Positions 1 through 9,027 of a stretch of DNA of 15,827 nucleotides are shown one piece after another. The translations under genes and the position numbers were made by a program. Every line of letters begins with the position of its first letter. Within the stretch, counting starts at the first letter, position 1. This DNA comes from Octopus sinensis (Eukaryota). The DNA lies in contig NW_021825376.1 of assembly GCF_006345805.1 (NCBI RefSeq), positions 1 through 15,827 of the forward strand, written 5' to 3'. The notes below the pieces were generated by a model. The model made no database searches and was not told where the DNA came from. It saw only the letters and a program-made list of their open reading frames with translations.

Positions 1-767
1 GAATGTTTTTATATATAATGAACGTGAAACACAGGAAGGGACGAACACGGAACACAGACAATCATTCGAAGCCTTCAATCTTCAGTCAGACACCGAACCA
101 TCATAGCAAATTTCGGCTGTTCAATTCTGATATTTGCTCCAACTCGGCCAGCCCCAAGAAAAAAAACTAAGCTGTAAGCATTAGATTTCTTGGTAGAAGA
201 CAGGAATGTGAACGCACAAGACGGATGTAAACACAAGAGACGAAAACGAATTGAAAACGGTAATGAACAAAAAACATATATAACGGTGGTTGTCATACGA
301 CTTTAGACCAAATAGACAGAAACAACACAACATAGCTGGCGTAGAAATAATTACCGTTTCGGTAGCGGGGACACATGTTGGTCGAGATACGAGGCCAACA
401 GAATGGTTTAAGAAGCCAGCAGTCGCAGGAGAGAGAGAGAAAGAGAGACAGAGAGAGAGAGGGAATCAAAGAGAATCAGTGACCAAGAGAAAAGGAGAAA
501 GAAGGGATTAAGGAGGAGGGATGTGGATGGGAAGGAAGAGAGGGGAAGAATCGGAGGGCGCCAAAAAGTTTGGTGAATAATCAATGGCGGGCAGGAAAGA
601 CAGTGTATAGAAGTCGTGCAGGGTTTAAAATTGGACAAACAACGGGGGGGGGTGCACGTAACGCCGCAATAATATAAGAATGAATGTTTTATATATAATG
701 AACGTGGAAACACAGGAAGGACGAACACGGAATACAGACAAATCATTCGAAGCCTTCAATCTTCAGT
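1..767. mobile_element. Direct-repeat-bounded element (86-bp repeats at 1-86 and 682-767), LTR- or Penelope pseudo-LTR-like; left copy may extend beyond the window
   Basis: GAATGTTTT...TCATTCGAAGCCTTCAATCTTCAGT occurs at 1-86 and 682-767, differing by 1 substitution and 4 single-base homopolymer indels. The interior has no credible ORF. The class assignment is inference. Confidence 0.55.
426..550 (+). repeat. (GA)n and purine-rich low-complexity tract
   Basis: GAGAGAGAGAAAGAGAGACAGAGAGAG followed by G/A-rich sequence. Confidence 0.8.
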
Positions 768-864
768 ATATACATATATATATAATGACCATCGCGAAAT
801 ACAACAATATATGTTTCAACAAAGGATTTTACATCAGGAATCGTGCAAAACGAATTGATAAATG

Positions 865-865
865 T

Positions 866-898
<33 letters not shown>

Positions 899-938
899 TA
901 CACACACACACAGACACACACACACACACACACACACA

Positions 939-977
<39 letters not shown>
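865..977. repeat. (CA)n microsatellite
   Basis: Direct reading; a few CATA/CAGA interruptions. Confidence 0.97.
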
Positions 978-980
<3 letters not shown>

Positions 981-1406
981 AATACAAACAGCTAAGTGCA
1001 ATGTGATACCACACGTCAATAAGGTTGCCGAAGCTCATAGATTGCTAGAGGTAAGAGTTAAATACATTTAATGACGTAAGAAGCGCGCAAATGTAAGCAA
1101 CATTGCTGAACGGGGGAAGTAATTGCCCCATGACCATCTCAAGAAACCCTACACTAGATGTCTAGTTTCACCTATTCGGTAGGCACCGTCACTGAGGACT
1201 CCTTGAACGGCATATATTTGGCTAATTGCGTCTGTCAGCATAAATGTATTTACCATAGAGAAGTATGGATGATTTAGCGGAATGCTAATGCGTATACAAA
1301 AAATTTATATAAACATGTGATAGCCATGAAGGAAAAATTCAATATAGGATAAAATTTTTCGAAAGAAAATTCTATCAATGGCCAGCATATTAAATAATAC
1401 CTTTAA

Positions 1407-1492
1407 ACAACTTATAAAAAAGGGCAAAAGAAAAAGTTTCTAATGTCAATATTGGCATTAGAATTTTTTCTTTTGCCCTTGTTTATAAGTTG

Positions 1493-1493
<1 letters not shown>
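1407..1493. repeat. Near-perfect 87-bp palindrome with no spacer
   Basis: Left arm 1407-1450 matches the reverse complement of 1451-1493 with 3 mismatches and 1 indel; centre CAAT|ATTG. Confidence 0.95.
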
Positions 1494-1527
<34 letters not shown>

Positions 1528-1541
1528 TATATATTATATAT
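1494..1541. repeat. (TA)n microsatellite
   Basis: Direct reading. Confidence 0.95.
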
Positions 1542-1544
1542 ACT

Positions 1545-1701
1545 CGACGGGCTTCTTTCAGTTTCCGTCTATTAAATCCACTTAGAAGGCTCTGTTCAGC
1601 CCGAGGCCCTAGTAGAAGACATTTGCCCTAGGTGCAACGCAACGGAGCTGAATCCGGAACGATGTGGTTGGTAAGCAAGCTACTTACCACACAGCCACTC
1701 C
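1545..1701 (-). mobile_element. tRNA-derived SINE, family 1 (head and body; CORE-like), without 3' tail module
   Basis: Minus strand GGAGTGGCTGTGTGGTAAG (A-box-like), degenerate B box, CORE-like GCACCTAGGGCAAATGTCTTC; homologous to 14752-14915 in this window. Confidence 0.85.
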
Positions 1702-1845
1702 ATACATATAGATATGTATATACACAGATACACACATAAACACACACACACATATATATATAAATATATATGCGTGTGCACAAAGACTTGTTATCATCAT
1801 CATCGTCATCATCGTCTTCGTCGTCGTCGTCATCATCATCATCTT
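1702..1845. repeat. Mixed (CA/TA)n followed by (TCA/TCG)n
   Basis: Direct reading. Confidence 0.85.
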
Positions 1846-2167
1846 CAGGACCATCCCCTACCGTCTTCATCAATACCGAATCCGTATCTCCGCCGCCGAT
1901 TATGTCATGTTTTGTCTCCGTATTATCTGCAAACATCTCACAGATTCCTCGTCCTTCTCTCTTTGATATACAACATCCGCCCTATTTACCATTATCTCCA
2001 AAATGTTACACCATTCTATGACACCATTCTTACGACATATCTTCCGGCTTATCTTAACTTATCTCTTCTTTTGTTCCAGTTTGGCTTTCTCAAACTAAAC
2101 CGCCACATCTTCTGTCTCTGTGTGCCGAAAGGGACCCTCGTAGGTGTGCGGCTGGGGAGGAACGGAT

Positions 2168-2690
2168 GTTGGATTTGTTGATGTTGCTGTTGGTGGTTTT
2201 GTTGTTATTGCCGTCGCTATCGTCGCTGTTGTTGTTGCTGTTGTTATCGTCTCGTCGCCATTATCGTTCTTGTTGATGTCATCGTCGTCTTCATCGCCAT
2301 CGTCGCCGTCGCCGTCGTCGTCATTCTCCTCTTCCTAGTTATCATCATTATCACCGTGTTCATCGTCATCATCACCGTCACTCTCATCAGATCCCTCCTC
2401 CTTTCCCTCAGCTGTATCCTCTTTCTCATCATTATGATCATTTCCGGCGTCTTTTTAGATGATAGTGATAATGGTGATGATGATGATCATCATCATTATC
2501 TTCATCGTTGTCATCGTAGTCATTGTGATCTTCTTCTTCTTCTTCTTCTTCTTCTTCTTCTTCTTCTTCTTCTTCTTCTTCTTCTTCTTCTTCTTCTTCT
2601 TCTTCTTCTTCTTCTTCTCCTCCGCCTCCTCCTCCACCTCCTCCTCCTTCTTCTTCTTCTTCTTCTTCTTCTTCTTTTATCTGTCTGTCT
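2168..2690. repeat. Trinucleotide mosaic (GTT, TCG, TCA) with a long near-pure (CTT)n at ~2529-2618
   Basis: Direct reading. Confidence 0.9.
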
Positions 2691-2759
2691 ATGTATCTAT
2701 CTACCTATCCTACCTATCCTACCTATCCTACCATTTCTTTATCTCTCTGTCACTCCCGC

Positions 2760-2900
2760 TATGACAAACATACACACATACAATACATACATACACACAC
2801 ATAGAAATACATACATCCGTATACATACATACATCCGCATACATACTTACATACATACATGCATGCATACATACGTACATTCATACAAACACATACATAT
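2760..2900. repeat. Degenerate (CATA)n
   Basis: Direct reading. Confidence 0.85.
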
Positions 2901-2902
2901 AT

Positions 2903-3062
2903 ACTTTTATTCTTATATTCTTTTATTGGTTTCAATCGTTTGCTGCGGCCATGCCGGACCAGCAACTTAAAGTCGAAGACATCGACCAAAGGATTCATTC
3001 TTTGTAAGCTTAGTACATATTCTATCGGTCTGGCATGCTGAACCGCTAGATTACAGGGGCGT
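2903..3062 (-). mobile_element. Orphan, diverged 3' tail module of SINE family 1
   Basis: Aligns by eye to 14516-14660 (CTGCGGCCATGC vs CTGCGACCATGC; ATTCTTTGTAAGCTTAGTACATATTCTATCG vs ATTCTTTGTTAGCCTAGAACTTATTCTATCG). Confidence 0.75.
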
Positions 3063-3707
3063 GCATACATACAAATGCACATAAATACATACATGCACAC
3101 ATACATACATAACATACAGGCATACATACATAACTTGCATATATACATACCTTCATACATACGCACATACATATGTACATAATATACATACATAACATAG
3201 ATATATAATATACATACATTCATACATTCATATCTAAATTCATTCATACACACATACATTCATACATACGTACAATAATACATACAGACATACATACGCA
3301 CATACATACATTCAGACATACATACACGCATACATATATTCATACATACACACATCCATACATTCATGCATATATACATACATATATACATACATACACA
3401 CACATTCATACAAACATATACACATGCATACATACACACATACATACACACGCACACATACATGCATACGTACATATATACTCACATTCATACATACACA
3501 CATACATGCATACATATATACATACACACATACATACATGCACACATACATTCATACACACATACATACATTACATACATACATACACACACATACATAC
3601 ATACACACACATACATACACACATACATACATACGTACATACATACATACATACATACATACATACATACATACATACATACATACATACATGCATGCAT
3701 GCATACA
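3063..3707. repeat. Long degenerate (CATA)n/(CA)n tract
   Basis: Direct reading; purest at ~3620-3690. Confidence 0.95.
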
Positions 3708-3769
3708 TAACTACGTTCCTCTGGTAGTGTTAGCGGTGTTTATCAGAATCCCGTTGCTACTACAGGTGA

Positions 3770-4442
3770 CCATGATGATATTAGTGACAATGAAGAAGAT
3801 GATGGTGATGATGGTGCTGGAGGTGTGATAGCGAGTGGGACCGGAGTGGCGTTAGTGATATCTCCTATAATGGTGACAGTAGTGATAATGATGATGATGA
3901 AGATGATGACGAAGACGATGATGATGATGACAAATACGATAATGATGATGGTGATAACGATGATGATGATGACGACCATCCTGATGGCGATGACAATGAT
4001 GATGATGATGAAAATGATGATGACGATGATTATGATAATGAAGATGAAGATGATGACGTTGATGATGACGGCCACGACGATGTCAACGATGATGATGAGA
4101 ATGAGGATGATGATGAGGACAATGATGATGATGTGGACAATGATGATGCTGATGAAGATGATGACGATGAAGACGACAATGCTAATGGCGACGATGACGA
4201 CGACAACAATGATGACAATGAAGATGATGACGAGGACAATGACGAGAATGATGATGATGACGATGATGATGATACTGATGTTGTTGATAATGATGATGAT
4301 GATGATGATAACGACGACGGCGAAGGCGATGATGATGATGATGACGATGATGATGATGATGACGACGACGACGACGACGACGACGATGATGATGATGATG
4401 ATTATGATGATGATGACGACGAGGGTGATGATTACGATGGCG
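3770..4442. repeat. Degenerate (GAT/GAC)n tract
   Basis: Direct reading; accounts for the poly-D, poly-M, poly-I and poly-S ORFs. Confidence 0.95.
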
Positions 4443-4889
4443 GTGGATACACAGACACAGCTACAGACTTGCAGACGCACCACACACAAACGCACAGACA
4501 CGCAGACACACAGACAGATGCACAGGCAGACAGACAAACAGACGATAAAAATTTTAATGGATTCAAATTGAAGCGTTTTTTTTTTTCCTCTCTGGAAACG
4601 TTTGATCCGAATCTATTTTGGAAACTTTTTACCCGGCCCCACTGCTGCCACCCCTTCTCACCCTCCTACTCCTCCTACCAAAACCACCACTACCACCACC
4701 ACTACTACGTTGTTTTTTCTCATTCATCCTCTTACATCGCCCCTTCTGTAATTTATTAAACTGCCTTTTTAATTTTATTTTTGTTTATCAGTTCACTTTT
4801 TAATCCTTGTTTCCTATCCTTCCCTCCTCTCTTAGCTTTCTGTTTTACCTCTACTGTACAATTAATTGTCCGTATGTATTTTTTCTGTG

Positions 4890-4894
4890 TCTAC

Positions 4895-4988
<94 letters not shown>

Positions 4989-5099
4989 GTCCGTCCGTCT
5001 ATCTGTCTGTCTGTCTGTCTGTCTATTGATATTCCTACCCACCACATTATCTCTTTCTCCTTCAATACGTTTCTCTGCACAGATACATACCTACATGTA

Positions 5100-5166
<67 letters not shown>

Positions 5167-5207
5167 ATCTATCTATCTATCTATATATATATATATATAT
5201 ATATATA
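4890..5207. repeat. (CTAT)n tracts (~4891-4987 and ~5099-5180) with (CTGT)n and (TA)n
   Basis: Direct reading. Confidence 0.95.
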
Positions 5208-5280
5208 TTGGCCTGCTCGCTTAGCCAGCGGGGTGGCGTCATTCAAAGGCTAAAACAATGCGAAAGCATTGTGACCAGCG

Positions 5281-5559
5281 ATGTTTCCAGAGGTGAATTA
5301 TTCAGACCCTAAAGAATTCCTCTTAACACATTACTATGATGCTCCCCAACAACTTCTGCTCGTGATCAGAGATGCACATATCGTCAGCCACCAAGGGACA
5401 TGCTTAACTGGCTAAGGTCAAACAACTGATGAGCAAATCTGTGGTATTGAGCAGATTTTAGTTATAGCCCATCCATTTTTATACCAAGACAAAACAATGT
5501 ACATGATAACACTTCCAATCAGTTAAGATCAGAAGCCATGGCTGCCACTGCCTGGTACT
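5281..5559. mobile_element. Truncated copy (A) of the ~550-bp interspersed element
   Basis: Colinear with 6020-6289 and with the right half of 9843-10390 (e.g. CTTCTGCTCGTGATCAGAGATGC; ACATGATAACACTTCCAATCAGTTAAGATC). Confidence 0.9.
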
Positions 5560-5669
5560 TCTCCGCTCCTCCTCCTCCTCCTCCTCCTTCTTCTACTTCT
5601 TCTTCTCTTCTTCTTCTTCTTCTTCTTCTTCTTCTTCATTATTATTTATTATTATTATTATTATTTTAT

Positions 5670-5701
<32 letters not shown>

Positions 5702-5706
5702 TTATT

Positions 5707-5737
<31 letters not shown>

Positions 5738-5753
5738 TATTATTATTATTATT
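5560..5753. repeat. Compound microsatellite (CCT)n-(CTT)n-(ATT)n
   Basis: Direct reading. Confidence 0.95.
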
Positions 5754-6303
5754 GAGTGAGAGAGCATGCATGGCACACATCAAAGGGACATGGGGTAAAA
5801 TATACGAAGCCCAGTATACCCATCATGACTACCCGTCGATAAGGGTACACCAGGCACATGCTCACAACCATATGTGCGCGACATGGTGATCTCATATCAG
5901 ATAAACAGCACATAACCTTGCAGGTGGGGCCCAGTTTAGAATTATCTTTGGTCGAGTAGTCCATCCCGCTCAAAAGGTCCCTGAATAACGGTTGGTTAAA
6001 GGATTTGAACAAAACACCCATGTTTCCAGAGATGAATTAATCAACCCCCAGAATCCCTCTCACATGGCTGTGATGCTCCCCACTACTTCTGCTCGTGATC
6101 AGAGATGCCATATCGTCAGCCACTAAGGGTATGCCTCAACTGGTTATGGTCAAACAACTGACAAGCAAATCTGTAGTATTGAGCAGAATATTTGCTGTAG
6201 CCCATCTTTTATACCAAGACAAAACAATTTACATGATAACACTTCCAACCAGTTAAGATGAAAAGCCATGAGAGCCACTGCCTGGTACTGCATCAGGGCA
6301 TTT
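5754..6303. mobile_element. Full copy (B) of unclassified ~550-bp interspersed element, probably a non-autonomous retroelement
   Basis: End-to-end homology with 9843-10390, with shared termini GAGTGAGAGAGCA...CTGCATCAGGGCATTT; (ATT)n on both sides; no TIRs or pol III boxes recognised. Confidence 0.88.
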
Positions 6304-6412
<109 letters not shown>

Positions 6413-6423
6413 TCATTTACTCA

Positions 6424-6627
6424 ACGAGAAGGATGAATCGTCAGCGAATCGGACAAAATGATTTGCACCATTTCTTCTCATTCATTACGTTCTAAGTTCA
6501 AATTCCGACGAAATCCATTTGGCCTTTCGCGGGTCGATAAAGTAAGTACAAGTTGAACACTGGTGTCGATTTAATCGATTTGTCTCTTCAACCCAGTTTC
6601 AGCCCCCATACCCATAGCAGAAGAGAA
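6424..6627 (+). mobile_element. Diverged SINE-like element, family 3
   Basis: B-box-like GTTCAAATTCC at ~6496-6506; similarity to 9557-9625 (TACGTTCTAAGTTCAAATTCCGACGA vs CATGTTCTGAGTTCAAATACCTACGA). Boundaries rely partly on a remembered consensus. Confidence 0.6.
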
Positions 6628-6659
6628 TTTCTACTTCATCATCGCAGATAATGTTATTT

Positions 6660-6768
6660 ATATAATAACCCACAAGCACACACACCCCCCACACAGACAC
6701 ACACAATTATATATATATACATCAGAGATGCATATTTGTATTTAAGTTTATAAACACAAGCAGGTTAG

Positions 6769-6800
<32 letters not shown>

Positions 6801-6842
6801 GATATATATATATATATATATAATATGAGGGAATATTATTCA

Positions 6843-6878
<36 letters not shown>

Positions 6879-6945
6879 GTATGTTTGTATGTAAGCATGT
6901 ATGTATGTATATATGTATTTATGCATCTATGTATGTATGTATTTT
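6660..6945. repeat. (CA)n, (TA)n and (TATG)n tracts
   Basis: Direct reading. Confidence 0.85.
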
Positions 6946-7104
6946 CTTCCTTTTCACCTTCCGCTCTTTGATACCAAGCCGGAACTTCGAAGTCACTGTC
7001 AATAGTATTCCTGTTAAAGAATAAAAATGTCCTCTACAAACGTATGAAATAACACTTCAAATTAATATAAGATTTGTTTTATTATAACTGAACATGAAAA
7101 ACAA

Positions 7105-7107
7105 ATA

Positions 7108-7164
<57 letters not shown>

Positions 7165-7378
7165 CTGTGCGTATCTACCTATCTATCTCTCAACACATTT
7201 AACTCTGTATGTAGTTTATCTATGTAGTATGTATATGTATATATAAACAGATGCATACATACAACATATATACTCCCAGGTCACATATAATTATTTGGAA
7301 TACATACATATACGTTTATATATATATATATTATATATATTATATATTATATATATATCTATATATATATATCAATAT

Positions 7379-7416
<38 letters not shown>

Positions 7417-7515
7417 ATACATATATATATATACATATATATAACATACGTATATATACACACACGTATATGTATGTATGTATTTATATATATATATATA
7501 TATATACTTATATGC
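7105..7515. repeat. (TA)n/(TG)n and TA-rich low complexity
   Basis: Direct reading. Confidence 0.85.
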
Positions 7516-7854
7516 ACACAAGTATGCGTGTACAAGCATGATTCTATTTCCACATTTAAAGATTCGCGCAGATGCATGTCTCCTTTAATCCAATATGTCT
7601 CGCGTGGTGTTCCATTACTCTGAGGTCTCCAGTTTGACTGGAACATATATATATCCAAAGCTTTCTAATGTAGCAGGAATTATTCCCATCAACAGACTTT
7701 CTTGGAGCTTCTATTCTAGCCTGGCCACTAATCTCTTCAATACCCGAATATTAGGGCATCAGTTATTTGTCTTTCAATCTTTGGTTAAATTTGTCAAGAA
7801 TACGCACATAAATACAACAAACATAAATACTTACATATTTATCTTTTCATCCCT

Positions 7855-7902
7855 CTATGTATCTATCGATCTATCTGTCTGTCTGTCTATCTGTCTGCCT
7901 CA

Positions 7903-7964
<62 letters not shown>

Positions 7965-8088
7965 GTCTGTCTGTCTATGTATCTGCCCATCTGTCTATCT
8001 GTCTATCTATCAATCTATTGAATTGTGTTTGCCTGTATATATATGTACAAACACACATAGACTCACATACACACACACACACACACAC
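7855..8088. repeat. (CTAT/CTGT)n followed by (CA)n
   Basis: Direct reading. Confidence 0.9.
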
Positions 8089-8089
8089 A

Positions 8090-8252
8090 AACTCCTTGTT
8101 TGTTTTCTCCTTGTTTTTTCTGTGTCCCTTTCTGTAGAAGGGCGTAGACTCGAAACGTAAAAGACTTTCTATTGCTGATCGTTTTATCCTAATACATCTG
8201 TTTGTTTTGTACACCACCTGTCTTCGTCTTTTGTAATTTCGTGAATTCTCCC
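8090..8252 (+). mobile_element. Short Penelope-like terminal-repeat fragment carrying a hammerhead-like motif
   Basis: ~160 bp of complex sequence between two microsatellites, containing CTGTAGAA-GGGC-GTAG-ACTC-GAAACGTA, the layout of PLE-associated minimal hammerheads. The class assignment is inference. Confidence 0.5.
8124..8165 (+). ncRNA. Minimal type I hammerhead ribozyme-like motif (degenerate, A6U core variant)
   Basis: Stem I CUUU(8128-8131)/AAAG(8160-8163), extendable by GU/AC; core CUGUAGA+A (8132-8139); stem II GGGC/ACUC with GUAG loop and one mismatch; GAAA 8152-8155; loopless palindromic stem III ACGU; GUA cleavage triplet 8157-8159. Confidence 0.5.
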
Positions 8253-8319
<67 letters not shown>

Positions 8320-8368
8320 TATTCACATACACACACACACCACACACACACACAACACATATATATAT
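8253..8368. repeat. (CT)n-(TA)n-(CA)n compound microsatellite
   Basis: Direct reading. Confidence 0.93.
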
Positions 8369-8722
8369 TCACTTTTGTATATAAACTGATTATTCAATGT
8401 GTTATTTGAAACGTAAGATATACCCATTTTGTATTTTTGGTACCTTTTAAAATATAAATGAAACTGTAATTGTGCAAATTATGCGTAGTGTTTAGGACAC
8501 TATAAAAAGAGTGCTTTCAAACTCGTGTGTTTGACGCACTGAAAAGAGCCCATGCTATTTGAGCTTTGTTCAAAGTACAAGCATGCCTCTGATAATTCGA
8601 AAGAGCATCCCAGTAACTAAATGGAAAATATGCAGAAGAAAATACGATTAGAATTCATAAAACACTTAGGTAAAAGACCTAGGTTGTTAAGAACATCCCT
8701 ATTAGAGATGGAAGCAGTATTT

Positions 8723-9012
8723 GTTTTGTTATTTGTTTGTTCCTTCTCGAGCCATGCCTGGCTCATAAGGGCCGGTTTCCCGGTTTCCTTGGCGTATAGG
8801 TTCCCTACCTGGACGGGACGCCGGTCTGTCGCAGGTGAGCTGCAAGATACAGGAGGGAAGAGTGAGCAGAAGTTCGTCATTACCCTCTGTCGGAGCCGCG
8901 TGCAGCTTAGGTGCTTCGCTCATAAACACACACATCGCCCAGTCTTAGGTTCGAACCCGCGATCCCTCGACCGCGAGTCCGCTGCTCTAATCACTAGGCC
9001 ATGTGCCTACCC
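8723..9012 (-). mobile_element. Full-length tRNA-derived SINE, family 2, with 11-bp target-site duplication
   Basis: Minus-strand A box TGGCCTAGTGA (9001-8991), B box GGTTCGAACC (8957-8948), A-rich tail (AACAAACAAATAACAAAAC), and TSD AAGCAGTATTT at 8712-8722 and 9013-9023. Confidence 0.92.
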
Positions 9013-9027
9013 AAGCAGTATTTATAC

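Noticed and set aside
55-95. Hammerhead on the minus strand (CUGAAGA at 85-79 and 766-760)
   Set aside because: It is followed by GAAUGA rather than GAAA-N, with weak stem II and no stem I pairing.
1113-1210. Cluster of short hairpins with GAAAC and CTGAGGA (type II hammerhead?)
   Set aside because: Stems I and II cannot be formed adjacent to the core, and 4-6-bp stems are expected by chance.
2080-2145. Plus-strand exon after TCTTCTTTTGTTCCAG
   Set aside because: Good acceptor but only a weak donor, and no recognisable peptide.
5426-5460. CTGATGA hammerhead core in copy A
   Set aside because: No stem II followed by GAAA; copies B and C read CTGACAA.
5749-6021. ORFs inside the 550-bp element (also 9916-10137)
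   Set aside because: The frames are not conserved between copies because of indels, and no RT, endonuclease or transposase motifs are present.
7526-7640. Possible fragment of another dispersed repeat
   Set aside because: The resemblance is from memory only; it is single-copy in the window with no diagnostic structure.
8940-9008. tRNA gene
   Set aside because: It has A and B boxes but no complete acceptor stem, and continues into a SINE body with tail and TSD.
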